The notes under the pieces were generated by a model. It saw only the letters and a program-made list of their open reading frames with translations. It had not been told where the DNA came from and searched no databases. From IMG/VR virus record IMGVR_UViG_3300010413_000124: 43,116 nt of DNA; one strand, given 5' to 3'. Below, in pieces: positions 16,955 through 26,872 of this stretch. The stretch is from a virus. The translations under genes were made by a program, and so were the position numbers. Positions within the stretch are counted from its first letter, which is position 1, and every line of letters starts with the position of its first letter.

Positions 16955-17541
16955 ACGCTCCAACTGTTGCACCCGAAATTCAGCAAGAGGCCGCTAGGTC
17001 GCTGTTGGAGCGGCTTAGTGAAAAGAACGCATTGGTCCGGTTTTTCCGCTACAATGCTAGCGCTAAGCACGGAGTGCCGATTGACCCACCGCCGTCCTAT
17101 TTCACAGGCCGGAGCGAAAGTACAAGTACGACAACTACGACAACCGAACAGCCGCCCAATAATGGCGTCACAGTCATCGATGACACCAAAAACGGTCAAA
17201 CTGGTCAGACCGGGCAAGGTACTACAAAAGTAGACGTCGCACAAACACCGCCAAATATTTCCGTGAACGTTGCTGCACCACCAGCGGCTGTCGCTCCAGC
17301 ATCCAGCGGTAACGACATTCTCAAGGGAATAATCTACACGTTAGCCGCTCTGGCAGCTCTCGGTGGTGCTATCGCACTCGGGTATGCCATGAGTGGCGGT
17401 AAATCCTCAGATCAAACCAAAGCTCCGACGACCACCACTACCACAGATCAACAGCAACAGGTGGAGAAAAGAATCATTCAAAGCCCGTTGCAGTTTTTGG
17501 AGGACATCGGGGCACATCGCCCGGAGATCGTTGATGAGTAG
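16951..17541 (+). CDS. membrane protein with Thr-rich low-complexity tracts and one TM helix
   Basis: TM segment GIIYTLAALAALGGAIALGYAM; STSTTTTTTEQPP and TTTTTTDQQQQ tracts. Confidence 0.5.
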   Translation: MNAPTVAPEIQQEAARSLLERLSEKNALVRFFRYNASAKHGVPIDPPPSYFTGRSESTSTTTTTTEQPPNNGVTVIDDTKNGQTGQTGQGTTKVDVAQTPPNISVNVAAPPAAVAPASSGNDILKGIIYTLAALAALGGAIALGYAMSGGKSSDQTKAPTTTTTTDQQQQVEKRIIQSPLQFLEDIGAHRPEIVDE

Positions 17542-17884
17542 TGATAATCCTACTGAACTTGACCCCGTACCAGACGACGATACTGAAGAAATCAGAGATA
17601 TAGACGCGGAAAAAGAAATATTCCTCCGCAACTTCATGGCCAGGCAACGAGAATTGCAGAAGAAATCTCTGACTGCTGTAGCCAATCTTGCCACCGCCAA
17701 CATGGAATTGATTCTGCGAAGCGGTATAAACGAAGTAGCCGCCAAACGTACTAGAACAGCCACTCTCACGTCCAAGAATGATGTAATTAGTGACTTACTC
17801 AAAGAGCAGGTCAAACAGCGCGTCGATGGGAACGAACAAATTATCGCACGCATCATGAGAGCTGTGGACATCAATGTCGAGTGA
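17534..17884 (+). CDS. hypothetical protein
   Basis: ATG 17534 overlaps the previous stop; ATGA overlap downstream. Confidence 0.45.
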   Translation: MSSDNPTELDPVPDDDTEEIRDIDAEKEIFLRNFMARQRELQKKSLTAVANLATANMELILRSGINEVAAKRTRTATLTSKNDVISDLLKEQVKQRVDGNEQIIARIMRAVDINVE

Positions 17885-18194
17885 TAGAACAGAACGCCTG
17901 AAGTTTTTCATGGAAAAACTGAAGGAGATGGAAGAAGAAGCCCAGCAGGAGGAATTATCCCTGTGGGGCAGTGCCATAGGCGGCAACAATACCGCAGGCG
18001 GCGTAGATCTATCCAACAGCCCCAAGTATCGTGAAATCATTGCGTTGCTTCACCAGACACCATTATTGGTAAATCCAACCCTGAAATTCATTCAGTCCAA
18101 AATGGTAGCTCTGTCTCGTGCCCAGCTTGCAGCCTTGTACACGGAAGAAGAGATACAAGAACTGATAAAAGAAGCACAAGAGGCGGCGAAGTAA
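17874..18194 (+). CDS. hypothetical coiled-coil-like protein
   Basis: ORF track. Confidence 0.45.
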   Translation: MSSDRTERLKFFMEKLKEMEEEAQQEELSLWGSAIGGNNTAGGVDLSNSPKYREIIALLHQTPLLVNPTLKFIQSKMVALSRAQLAALYTEEEIQELIKEAQEAAK

Positions 18195-18257
18195 AAGATA
18201 CGTAGAGGGGTATGTGGGATTTCCGAACAGAGGACCTTTGTTAAGGAGGGTAAAATC

Positions 18258-18683
18258 ATGATTCGGTTACTTTTGTGCACTGCAATAGTGCTCTGTTGCT
18301 GTGGAATGGTGATAGGACAGGATAGTGTACTTCTGCCAACGCCAGCACAGCAAGATCCAGCTGCACCGGCCCCACAAGGCCCGGTAGTAGCACAACCTCC
18401 TGTTGTGGCAGGGCCTGTCGTGGCAGCCCCCGTCATTGCAGGACCACAACCAGTATGGTTCATCCAGAAGAAGTTCTTGGGCCACGGCTACAGAGCTAAA
18501 CCGGGATGGATCAACGTGGGATGTTGTGCAGCACCCGTTGCACCTCCTGTGATTGCCCAGCCGGTCATGCGGACTGTGATGGTGCCAATGCAGGTCCAAA
18601 CTTACGTGTACCGGGCTCCACAGCCGGTAACGGTTGTGCGACCCGAAGTACGCTACCGGGCTGAGACATACTGGCGCTACTGA
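18258..18683 (+). CDS. secreted Pro/Val/Ala-rich protein
   Basis: Signal-like MIRLLLCTAIVLCCCGMVIG; AGGAGG 8 nt upstream; repeats PVVAQPPVVAGPVVAAPVIAGP. Confidence 0.5.
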   Translation: MIRLLLCTAIVLCCCGMVIGQDSVLLPTPAQQDPAAPAPQGPVVAQPPVVAGPVVAAPVIAGPQPVWFIQKKFLGHGYRAKPGWINVGCCAAPVAPPVIAQPVMRTVMVPMQVQTYVYRAPQPVTVVRPEVRYRAETYWRY

Positions 18684-18723
18684 TGTTCCTCCTGTGGGTG
18701 GTGGGACTGACAGGTTGTTCCCT

Positions 18724-18763
18724 GACAACGCCGCAAGTAGTCGATGCTGCTTGCGGCGTTGTC
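18724..18763 (+). terminator. 14-bp perfect hairpin (GACAACGCCGCAAG / CTTGCGGCGTTGTC), no U-tract; TATAAT immediately downstream
   Basis: Read directly; a terminator, attenuator or RNA-stability element. Confidence 0.4.
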
Positions 18764-18785
18764 GTATAATCAGCAAAAATAGAGT

Positions 18786-19163
18786 ATGAATCTATTAGAC
18801 ATCATATCCAGCGTGGACGATACGTCCGCTATCCTGGAACTGAAAGATCGATTCGAACAATGGGGGCTGACCGTCCAACAAGCCCCATCTGGCAAGATAT
18901 TCATATGCCGCATTCATGAGGGCGAAATCAGTCACGACGCATTATACGAAGATCATTTCCCAGTCGGAATGCCCAATCGCCCCTTATCAGATCGAGTACT
19001 AGAATCGATCGTCGAATTTGTCCAAACCAACAAAAGCGAGCCCAAACAACTCAAAACAATTGAAAAACCTGGGAACTACGGCCTATATGGTGCCAGCATA
19101 CGTGATAACCGAATAAGCAGCGAGCTGGTATCAGCGATCGACGAGTTTTTACAAGACGGGTGA
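18786..19163 (+). CDS. hypothetical protein
   Basis: ORF track. Confidence 0.45.
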   Translation: MNLLDIISSVDDTSAILELKDRFEQWGLTVQQAPSGKIFICRIHEGEISHDALYEDHFPVGMPNRPLSDRVLESIVEFVQTNKSEPKQLKTIEKPGNYGLYGASIRDNRISSELVSAIDEFLQDG

Positions 19164-19167
19164 TAGC

Positions 19168-19731
19168 GTGGTTAAATATAGCTTCCCAGTACCACGATCT
19201 CGCGGCTTGCAGAATACTGCATGCGATATCACTATAAACGACCAAGAAGTCTGCACCAGAGACATCATACTACACTTACTTCTCGGCAGAGTAGCACTCA
19301 CTGACGGAACTACGCACGAGATAGAAACAATATTCAATAATGATCTGAACGTTGTCGAAATAGACATTCCAGACTCTGTTTTGACTATCGTAGAAAATCT
19401 AGGTATTGGCCCTAATTTGCAGCGATATCTCGCCTGGTTATTCGAGGGCGGCCAAGAAGACATTAATAATGTTGGTTATCAGGCGATAACTGGTGATTAT
19501 ACCTTAACACCGTCCGATTCATTACTGGTAGTGACTTCGCCAGCGGTTATTACATTACCAGACATCAGCGAATTCTCAGAAGTCTATGGAAAACGATTTG
19601 ACATTAAATCCAGAACCACCATCGTACAAATAGAAACAAGTGATACTATAGATGATCAAAACATGGTGCAACTAGAATATAATGAAAATTTGACAATTGC
19701 TCCGACTGTTAGCGGGTGGGTGATTTTATGA
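19168..19731 (+). CDS. hypothetical protein (GTG start)
   Basis: ORF track. Confidence 0.4.
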   Translation: MVKYSFPVPRSRGLQNTACDITINDQEVCTRDIILHLLLGRVALTDGTTHEIETIFNNDLNVVEIDIPDSVLTIVENLGIGPNLQRYLAWLFEGGQEDINNVGYQAITGDYTLTPSDSLLVVTSPAVITLPDISEFSEVYGKRFDIKSRTTIVQIETSDTIDDQNMVQLEYNENLTIAPTVSGWVIL

Positions 19732-20966
19732 CTTATTTCACCAATGTTGGATTCAAGGACGTACCGAATTTTGACGCATTCACTAGAATGCGGATTTCTG
19801 CGCCACACTCGTTGTTTGAATCTCAACTTACTTATGACCTGCAGCCTCTACTATGGGAACAATTTGCCAGCGGCACCGGGGCGAGTATCGCTCATGATAC
19901 CACGAACAGATGTGCTTTACTGACGTTCAGCAATACGCCAGTTGGCGGTCAAGCTTATATGCAGACTTATGAGCATTTCCGCTACACCAGCGGGAAGAGC
20001 CAATTGTGCCTGATCACTTTTAATATGAACGGCGGTGCGGATAATACCCTGAAATTCGCTGGATATTCGGATGGAGCCAATGGCATCGAGTTTCAATTGG
20101 ATGGCTCACAAGCTCAAATAGTCTTGAAATCGACAACCACTGAGGGAAGCCAGACGATATTGCAAGAAAATTGGAATGTTGATTCCTTTGACGGAGAAGG
20201 GCCGAGTGGACTCACACTTGATTTTACAAAGACACAAATATTGGTCATCGATTTTCAAGCACTCTACGTTGGACGTGTGAGAGTTGGTTTTGATATCGAT
20301 GGGAAAATTTATCTAGCTCATGTTTTCAATAATGCCAATAATACCACCTATCCATACATTCTGACCGCCAATTTGCCGCTCCGGTGCGGTATGGTTAGCA
20401 GCAATACGGCTTCTACCACCGACACTTCTACGACCACTATGCGATTCATCTGTTCGACATGTGTGGCAGAAGGTGCCGAGTATAGCTCCGAGGGATACAA
20501 CTTCTGTCAAGAAGGAACTGTAGAAGCTGCGAGCGGGGCTAGGACGCACTTATTATCTCTGCAGCCGCGTCTTACATTTAATAGTATCGTCAATAGGACG
20601 AAATTTGTCCTAGAGACGATTGATATAGTAGTGACAGGATCAAATCCTGTTATTTGGGAATTATGTATTGGCACTACGTTGACTGGTACGACGACGTTTA
20701 CTGATGTCAATACCAGTTATTCTGCATTTGCGTATAACGTGGCTGGTACCCTCAGTGGTTCACCAAGTATCGTGGTGGCGAAAGGTTATATACCGGCTAC
20801 TCAACAGAGCCGTGGTGTGATAACAACTAATGTGCCGTTCAGGTATCCTATCTGTTTGGATACCGCTGGTGCTGCTCGAGTGTTGGGCAGATTGACGCTG
20901 TTAGTCACTGGTGTCGGTGGCGTCTCAAATTGTCGAGGGAATTTGAATTGGAAAGAGATCCGGTAA
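19728..20966 (+). CDS. beta-rich hypothetical protein (possible virion/jelly-roll-type structural protein, unverified)
   Basis: 413 aa, S/T/N/G-rich beta-strand-like composition. Followed by a strong terminator, suggesting high expression. Confidence 0.5.
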   Translation: MTYFTNVGFKDVPNFDAFTRMRISAPHSLFESQLTYDLQPLLWEQFASGTGASIAHDTTNRCALLTFSNTPVGGQAYMQTYEHFRYTSGKSQLCLITFNMNGGADNTLKFAGYSDGANGIEFQLDGSQAQIVLKSTTTEGSQTILQENWNVDSFDGEGPSGLTLDFTKTQILVIDFQALYVGRVRVGFDIDGKIYLAHVFNNANNTTYPYILTANLPLRCGMVSSNTASTTDTSTTTMRFICSTCVAEGAEYSSEGYNFCQEGTVEAASGARTHLLSLQPRLTFNSIVNRTKFVLETIDIVVTGSNPVIWELCIGTTLTGTTTFTDVNTSYSAFAYNVAGTLSGSPSIVVAKGYIPATQQSRGVITTNVPFRYPICLDTAGAARVLGRLTLLVTGVGGVSNCRGNLNWKEIR

Positions 20967-20996
20967 ATATAACATAGTGGATGGATCAGGGCATAT

Positions 20997-21030
20997 GGCC
21001 CGGCAGGGTGACTTGCCGGGCCATTATTAT
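20997..21030 (+). terminator. rho-independent terminator (GGCCCGGCAG / CTTGCCGGGCC then ATTATTATT)
   Basis: GC-rich hairpin plus A/T tail. Confidence 0.55.
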
Positions 21031-21041
21031 TGAGGGATATA

Positions 21042-21746
21042 ATGTTAGCTGTTGATTCATTATCGCGATTTGTCGTCTGGGGTATCCCACATCGTTGTAC
21101 GGCGGACGCGCATGTTGAACTTCTTGAACGATGCCTCAAATCAATAAGAGATATTTATCATTGGCATCATATTGTTGTGGTCGATAGTGATTCCCCTAAG
21201 AAGGATCATCTGCCGGGCTTATGTAAGCGGTATAGGGCAGAAGTGGCCAACGTGGTCAACAAGAATTATGAATGCGGTGCGTGGAAAATAGTCTACGAAC
21301 AATATCGAGCCGATTTTTATTGCTTTGTGCACGACAGCTGTTGGTTGGTTCGGCCATTAGGAGATACTCTAGAGCAAGAAATATCGGCCTATCGTTGTGT
21401 TCCGAATAGCCCCACCGATTGGTATGGTGCATCTAGCAGTCATAAAAGAGAAGTACTAAGGTCGTTGAGAGGAACCAAATGGGACCCAGCACCAGATAAC
21501 TTCTGGACATTAGTTGGGCAAATCATGTTTGTGAAATGTCGCGTTATGGATTTGCTGTATGACAATAAGTTCTTCGATTTACTACCAACCAACAAGCATG
21601 GAGCCCAGTCTTGGGAGAGACGTTTGGGAGCCTGCCTTAGTCTAGAAGGCTTTGACGAACAGCTGGCGGAAAACCAAATTGGCTGCTGGAAACACGGCAA
21701 ACCCTATAATCATAAAATGGCCAAAAGCTGGGTAATGAGAGAATAA
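21042..21746 (+). CDS. hypothetical protein, possibly GT-A-fold glycosyltransferase-like (HIVVVDSDSP, FVHDSCW)
   Basis: GAGGGA upstream of ATG 21042; motif resemblance only. Confidence 0.35.
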   Translation: MLAVDSLSRFVVWGIPHRCTADAHVELLERCLKSIRDIYHWHHIVVVDSDSPKKDHLPGLCKRYRAEVANVVNKNYECGAWKIVYEQYRADFYCFVHDSCWLVRPLGDTLEQEISAYRCVPNSPTDWYGASSSHKREVLRSLRGTKWDPAPDNFWTLVGQIMFVKCRVMDLLYDNKFFDLLPTNKHGAQSWERRLGACLSLEGFDEQLAENQIGCWKHGKPYNHKMAKSWVMRE

Positions 21747-21774
21747 ACAAATATACGGTGAAAGAGACTAAGCA

Positions 21775-23283
21775 ATGCCAAAATATTTTGATTTATTGCT
21801 CGATGAGGCCATTGACACCATCTCGGAGAATATCGAGAAGAAATGGCCTCACATCTACAAAGTGCTAAAAGATATAGTAATAAATTCCGGAACGAAAGTT
21901 GAACGTTGGGAAATATTATCAGGCTATTCACACATAGTAACGCAAGAAATCAGAGATAGTGCACGCAAGGCTGCTACAGCAAAAACTTACCAAAGCAATG
22001 GGCTCGCCGGAGTAGCATCTCTAGCCAAGAAAGATGGTGTACCGAGAGAATACAGGCCGCCGACACGATTAGAATACGTGAACGAATACTTCAAAAAGTG
22101 GCTCGTCGAAGCAGATCCCGTGGCTCGTGCTTCTAACGGTCGAAAAACACCATATGTCAATCACATCATGCGATGGTTGCTCAATACTCGGGCGGTCTTC
22201 CCAGATGATGTGAATACCATCCACGAATTACTGAAAGAGTATCAAAAACTCAAACACAATATGGGCGTGGAAGTACCAGATTTGAATGACGTGGACGACC
22301 CAAACAAATTGCGGGCCGTCATCATGAGCTACAACGAAAACAATTCCTATGGTAAATTAACAGACAAGAAGCTGCCAGATATCGTAGATGGGATAGAAAC
22401 ATATCGCCTGGATACTTTCGACGAAGCTCGCGATGTGTTATGCAACAGCGGTTGGTGCGTCCGTTATGAAGATACATTCGAAGATTATGAACCGCCACTT
22501 TACCTATTCGTGAGAAAAGCTGGTGATACTTACAAACGTGTAGCTCTATTCAGCCCAGAATCTGGAGAACTAAAGGACGTTCATAATCAAGATCTTTCGT
22601 CAGAAAACATGGCTAAACTAGCTCCTATCATTGATTATATTCTAGGTGAACCAACCCGCAGAGAAAGAGCAGCCCAAAGAAATTGGATCAATACAGAGCA
22701 ACAGGCCAGGCCCCATTTGGATCTTGACTTGACGATGACCCTTTCGCCGATCTTGCATCTGCTTCCTCACGCTGTAGATCGTTTGAATCCTGAATCACTA
22801 GCGGAAGCAGCTATGTGGCTCTGGAAAAGTGATTCCAGATATGAATATTATAGGGAACCGGCAAAACCGCTGGTTGATCGGTGGCCGAAGTTTATAGAAG
22901 ACAAACTCAAAGAAGAGCCAAGTGCCTTCTTCAGTTATATTGGTGCTATATCTCGTGGTCAACGTATTCCAGAGCTAGAAGAAGAAGCTCTAGATATGGC
23001 CTACACGATGCTACAAGAAAGCACCGAGGGAGTTCTCTTTTTGCTCGAATATTATGGTTCCAGGGAAGATGAATTCAATGGTGGATGGCCCAAGCTTGAA
23101 GAATTATTGAGTATAGTTAAAAAGAACAATTTAGGTCAAGAATTGCTTTCGGTACTACGACATGCCAGCAATTACGGCGTGCGAGCTTTCTTGACGCTTG
23201 CTGGCGATCAAGAATGGTTCTCTAAGGATCGTAATCCTATCCCACGTAAACGACGTTGGCGGGATATTGAACAAGAAACATGA
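21775..23283 (+). CDS. hypothetical protein (502 aa)
   Basis: ORF track; no recognised motif. Confidence 0.5.
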   Translation: MPKYFDLLLDEAIDTISENIEKKWPHIYKVLKDIVINSGTKVERWEILSGYSHIVTQEIRDSARKAATAKTYQSNGLAGVASLAKKDGVPREYRPPTRLEYVNEYFKKWLVEADPVARASNGRKTPYVNHIMRWLLNTRAVFPDDVNTIHELLKEYQKLKHNMGVEVPDLNDVDDPNKLRAVIMSYNENNSYGKLTDKKLPDIVDGIETYRLDTFDEARDVLCNSGWCVRYEDTFEDYEPPLYLFVRKAGDTYKRVALFSPESGELKDVHNQDLSSENMAKLAPIIDYILGEPTRRERAAQRNWINTEQQARPHLDLDLTMTLSPILHLLPHAVDRLNPESLAEAAMWLWKSDSRYEYYREPAKPLVDRWPKFIEDKLKEEPSAFFSYIGAISRGQRIPELEEEALDMAYTMLQESTEGVLFLLEYYGSREDEFNGGWPKLEELLSIVKKNNLGQELLSVLRHASNYGVRAFLTLAGDQEWFSKDRNPIPRKRRWRDIEQET

Positions 23284-23290
23284 GGAATTA

Positions 23291-23452
23291 ATGGAAGCGA
23301 AACGGACTTGCCTCAGATGTAATAAAAAATTTCTCTCCCAAGGACCTTATAATCGAATCTGCCCCATATGCACCAGAAACCCGCCCAAAGTTCATGCCAA
23401 ATCGGTAGGCTCTCTACCGCGCCGCAAAGGAAAAGTTGACAGAGCAATCTGA
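23291..23452 (+). CDS. small zinc-ribbon protein (CxxC...CxxC)
   Basis: CLRCNKKF...CPICTRNP. Confidence 0.4.
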   Translation: MEAKRTCLRCNKKFLSQGPYNRICPICTRNPPKVHAKSVGSLPRRKGKVDRAI

Positions 23453-23465
23453 TGTAGATAACATC

Positions 23466-24641
23466 ATGCGATGTGTCTACCGTGGCGAACAAACCAAGCA
23501 ACACTTTCTAGCCGGAAAATTAACGACTAGCTATATATGTAGTTGCGAATATATCGATCAGCAACGTTGTACGCTCGAATCTAGCACCCCGCAGTTTGCC
23601 ACCTGTGATGGATGCGAAAGCAGGCTGGAATTCTTTCCGGACCCAGAACTGGATTACACTAAAGACCGCTGGCAATATATCTCTGTTGCCAGGCTCAACC
23701 AAGACACCAAACGATTGTTGTCAGTCATACCATCAGACTGTTCTGGGATAGTTGGTGTGCCACGATCAGGTATGATACCAGCCGCTTTGCTTGCTACCCT
23801 CACGCAACTACCACTATTTGAATTCAGCCTTCAACACGGGCTTTGCCAGTTAGGCGAAGGGAGTCGTAACTGGCTAACTCCTCAGAAAGAGATGACAGGC
23901 CCGTTTTTCGTGGTGGATGATTCAATTTATAGCGGCAACGCCATGTCGCTGACAAGAGCTTCCTTTCCGGTCCCAGCGATATTTGCGGCAATATACGTGA
24001 TCCCAGAAATGGCTCATCTTGCTGATTATTATGTGCAAGAATTGCCTAGTCCGCATTTCTTCGAATGGAATATCTTCAATAATGGAATGATAGACGGCCT
24101 AAGCATGGACCCACGATTGCGTGGTGGCGTTGCCATAGACATGGACGGAATCATCTGCTTTGACCCACCCATGCCTGATATGGATGAAGGACCGATAGCA
24201 GATGCTTACGCCGATTGGATAGATAATGCTCAGCCAAAATATATCCCAAGATTCGCTGCAATTCCGTGCATCATCACTTTCCGCCTGGAGAAATGGCGAG
24301 ATCGAACAATCGAATGGCTACGGAAATACAAGGTGAACTGGCGACGCCTCGTGATGTCCACCCATTCTTCTGTAATAGAACGCAATCGAAACTTAGATGT
24401 GGCTGGGCATAAGGCTAGGAATTTTATTGAATCCGGCTGCTCGTTGATGATTGAATCGGACCCGGCTCAGGCTGAGTTGATTCATCAGTTGTCTTGTCGT
24501 CCGGTTCTGTGTCCGGATTCAGAACGGCTGTATCAGGATCATTGTGATTGGGAGGCTCTACTCGAATTAGATCGGTGGCAGCCAACTCTATCTCATAGTG
24601 CCACGGCTTCTCCTTCGCCAGAGGATGATCCGGAGGAATAA
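23466..24641 (+). CDS. ComF-like zinc-finger plus type-I phosphoribosyltransferase domain fused to a C-terminal HAD-like domain
   Basis: N-terminal CSCEY...CDGC; PRTase motifs IVGVPRSGMIPAALLA and FFVVDDSIYSGNAM; then GVAIDMDGIICFD (HAD motif I). Confidence 0.5.
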   Translation: MRCVYRGEQTKQHFLAGKLTTSYICSCEYIDQQRCTLESSTPQFATCDGCESRLEFFPDPELDYTKDRWQYISVARLNQDTKRLLSVIPSDCSGIVGVPRSGMIPAALLATLTQLPLFEFSLQHGLCQLGEGSRNWLTPQKEMTGPFFVVDDSIYSGNAMSLTRASFPVPAIFAAIYVIPEMAHLADYYVQELPSPHFFEWNIFNNGMIDGLSMDPRLRGGVAIDMDGIICFDPPMPDMDEGPIADAYADWIDNAQPKYIPRFAAIPCIITFRLEKWRDRTIEWLRKYKVNWRRLVMSTHSSVIERNRNLDVAGHKARNFIESGCSLMIESDPAQAELIHQLSCRPVLCPDSERLYQDHCDWEALLELDRWQPTLSHSATASPSPEDDPEE

Positions 24642-24975
24642 AGCGACCCATTTCTATGGACTTGTCGCTTTCGGCGATGAAAGCCACGTGCTCAATGCCA
24701 TGCTCCTCCCATCCCAGGATATGAATCCTGTCCAATACTCCGACGCCAGTTCGCATGGCAGTTCTGGCTCGATATATCATTCTCTGGCCGGGAAAATAAT
24801 GTTGAGTAATAACTGGGTTGCCATCCAGATCAACAATCATCAGGGATTTGAGATTTTGCCGGTCGATCTCTTCGCTGCTGTGATCGTCGCTAGATAGAAT
24901 AGAACCGTCGCGGCTAACAGCAACCCATTTTAGCTTAGGGACGTAGCCTTTGCTTGATGCTAGATCTTTATCCAT
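24424..24975 (-). CDS. hypothetical protein; its 3' end overlaps the convergent PRTase gene by ~217 nt
   Basis: GGAGG 8 nt upstream of the minus-strand ATG (24975); acidic low-complexity C-terminal tail. Confidence 0.45.
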   Translation of the reverse strand: MDKDLASSKGYVPKLKWVAVSRDGSILSSDDHSSEEIDRQNLKSLMIVDLDGNPVITQHYFPGQRMIYRARTAMRTGVGVLDRIHILGWEEHGIEHVAFIAESDKSIEMGRFIPPDHPLAKEKPWHYEIELAATDLIRVEPPNHNDPDTAVLNPDTEPDDKTTDESTQPEPGPIQSSTSSRIQ

Positions 24976-25017
24976 GCTGGACCTCCGTAGGGATATTTAC
25001 TAGGACAAAGATATAAT

Positions 25018-25392
25018 ATGCGATTAAGAACTATATCCGAGGGCGACCACAAGCCCACTATTGCCGTTGATTTGGATGGTACTCTAGCCAGGGAGGGAGA
25101 GTTTTGCGCCGACAAAATAGGCGATCCAATCTATAACGCCAAAGAAATCATGGATAAAGTGAAGGGTCTTGGCGTCGGAATAATTATCAACACCTGTCGC
25201 GGCGACGAGAAATTGATCGCTAATTGGCTACAGAAACATGATATACCGTACGACTATATCAACCATAATCCTAACCAGCCTGAAGACACCAGCGACAAAG
25301 TCATGGCGGACCGATACTGGGACAACAAGCAACCGAGTTGGCGCGGCCTGCAATACGCCTATGAAGAGCTAAAAAGGTACTTGAAACGATGA
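25018..25392 (+). CDS. small HAD-superfamily protein (DxDGT motif)
   Basis: IAVDLDGTL. TATAAT ends only 1 nt before the ATG, leaving no room for a Shine-Dalgarno, so possibly leaderless. Confidence 0.45.
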   Translation: MRLRTISEGDHKPTIAVDLDGTLAREGEFCADKIGDPIYNAKEIMDKVKGLGVGIIINTCRGDEKLIANWLQKHDIPYDYINHNPNQPEDTSDKVMADRYWDNKQPSWRGLQYAYEELKRYLKR

Positions 25393-26132
25393 ACTTTGAT
25401 CGTCGATTACAACGGCTCTTTGAGAGCTACCGCCAAGAATCGCTAAACCCAAAACTCTGGGATGGCGAAGAGCTGCGGGAAGATATTAAGACCAATTTGC
25501 TTGATATCGCTGCCGACTTCGCTGAAGAATATCGCATTCCAGAAGACGCTATAGAAGACATTATACTTACCGGTAGCCTGGCTAACTATACCTGGACACA
25601 ATATTCTGATATTGATCTTCACTTAGTGGTTGATTTCTCCAAGGTCAACGACGATAAGGAACTAGTATTCGAGTATTATCGTCTCGCCAAATCCGTCTGG
25701 AACAACAATCATGCCATCGAAGTCTGCGGATACGAAGTAGAAGTCTATGTGCAGGATCATTTAGAGGAACATCATTCCACTGGTGTTTATTCCTTACAGA
25801 CTGACGAATGGTTGGCCAAGCCGCAGAAAGATAGCACCACTCCGCCTAGTCCGAAACGAGTTGATACTAAAGCCGATAATTATATTCTACAGATAAACAA
25901 AATAGATGAGATGATGCAAAAGAACGATCTGGATGCTGCCGATATGGCGGAACGGCTCAAGGATAAAATCAAGAAGATGCGAAAGGCCGGGCTGGAGAGT
26001 GGCGGTGAGTATTCTATCGAGAACCTTGTATTTAAGAAGTTGCGGAACGAGGGTTATCTCGACAAACTGTCTACGTTACGCAAACAACTTTATGATCTGA
26101 AAATGTCGGTACAGCAATGTCCAACAGACTAA
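25389..26132 (+). CDS. nucleotidyltransferase, ANT(3'')/LinB-like (Pol-beta superfamily)
   Basis: ILTGSLANYTWTQYSDIDLHLVV matches the GS-x(9-12)-SDIDL adenylyltransferase motif (compare AadA LHGSAVDGGLKPHSDIDLLV, LinB YGSFTKGEGDQYSDIEF). Confidence 0.5.
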   Translation: MNFDRRLQRLFESYRQESLNPKLWDGEELREDIKTNLLDIAADFAEEYRIPEDAIEDIILTGSLANYTWTQYSDIDLHLVVDFSKVNDDKELVFEYYRLAKSVWNNNHAIEVCGYEVEVYVQDHLEEHHSTGVYSLQTDEWLAKPQKDSTTPPSPKRVDTKADNYILQINKIDEMMQKNDLDAADMAERLKDKIKKMRKAGLESGGEYSIENLVFKKLRNEGYLDKLSTLRKQLYDLKMSVQQCPTD

Positions 26133-26677
26133 AGAACAGTACAGTTTTCTATTCTTCTTGGATTGTTCTCCTCTCGGCAATTTGTGTGTTGTTGGGTGTC
26201 TGCCTCATACGCACTACGTCACAATTGGATTCTATAGAACCACAAGAGCCTGAAGAGATTGAGGTTTTTGAGGCTCAGAAGGCTCTTTATGGTGATGTTG
26301 AGGTGACTGATATAGTATCTGTATATGATGGGGATACTTTTACTATTTCGGTGGATGGCTGGCCACCGATAGTTGGCCAGAAGATAAGTGTGCGTGTGCT
26401 GGGTGTTGATACGCCGGAGATGCGGGATAAGCGGAGAGAAATTAAGCTATTGGCGATTGCCGCGAAGGATTTCACGAGTACGAAGTTGAAGAGAGCTGGT
26501 AAAATTGAATTGTTGAATATGACTCGTGATAAGTATTTCCGCATTTTGGCGGATGTGGAAGTAGATGGAAATAATCTGGGGGAGTTATTGATTGAGAAGG
26601 GTTTGGCGAAGCCCTACGATGGTGGGACGAAAGTCAAGTGGACAATGGAAGACTACAACAAATATATTAACCAATAA
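26117..26677 (+). CDS. membrane-anchored staphylococcal (thermo)nuclease-like protein
   Basis: N-terminal TM segment FYSSWIVLLSAICVLLGVCLI; SNase motifs YDGDTFTI...VRVLGVDTPE...ELLIEKGLAKPY. Confidence 0.6.
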   Translation: MSNRLKNSTVFYSSWIVLLSAICVLLGVCLIRTTSQLDSIEPQEPEEIEVFEAQKALYGDVEVTDIVSVYDGDTFTISVDGWPPIVGQKISVRVLGVDTPEMRDKRREIKLLAIAAKDFTSTKLKRAGKIELLNMTRDKYFRILADVEVDGNNLGELLIEKGLAKPYDGGTKVKWTMEDYNKYINQ

Positions 26678-26780
26678 TTCTCCAGCCTCGTTCAAATGTA
26701 TTTATAAAGGGAAGGATTCGCATTAAGCCATCTTGTATAACATACAGGATGTGGTAGCGGCTGGTGCCGCGTTGCACATG

Positions 26781-26818
26781 GAGCCCATTGTTGTTCGGGA
26801 CGGCAATGGGCTCTTTTT
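26781..26818 (+). terminator. rho-independent terminator (GAGCCCATTG...CAATGGGCTC followed by TTTTTAT)
   Basis: 10-bp stem plus T-tract. Confidence 0.65.
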
Positions 26819-26832
26819 ATAGGTGGACGTAT

Positions 26833-26861
26833 TTGACAGTCGGCATCTTGTCTCTCATAAG
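26833..26861 (+). promoter_or_regulatory. sigma70-like promoter candidate (TTGACA - 17 nt - CATAAG)
   Basis: Downstream of a terminator and upstream of the 26873 gene with AAGGAAAAA ribosome-binding site. Confidence 0.35.
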
Positions 26862-26872
26862 GAAAAAGTATC

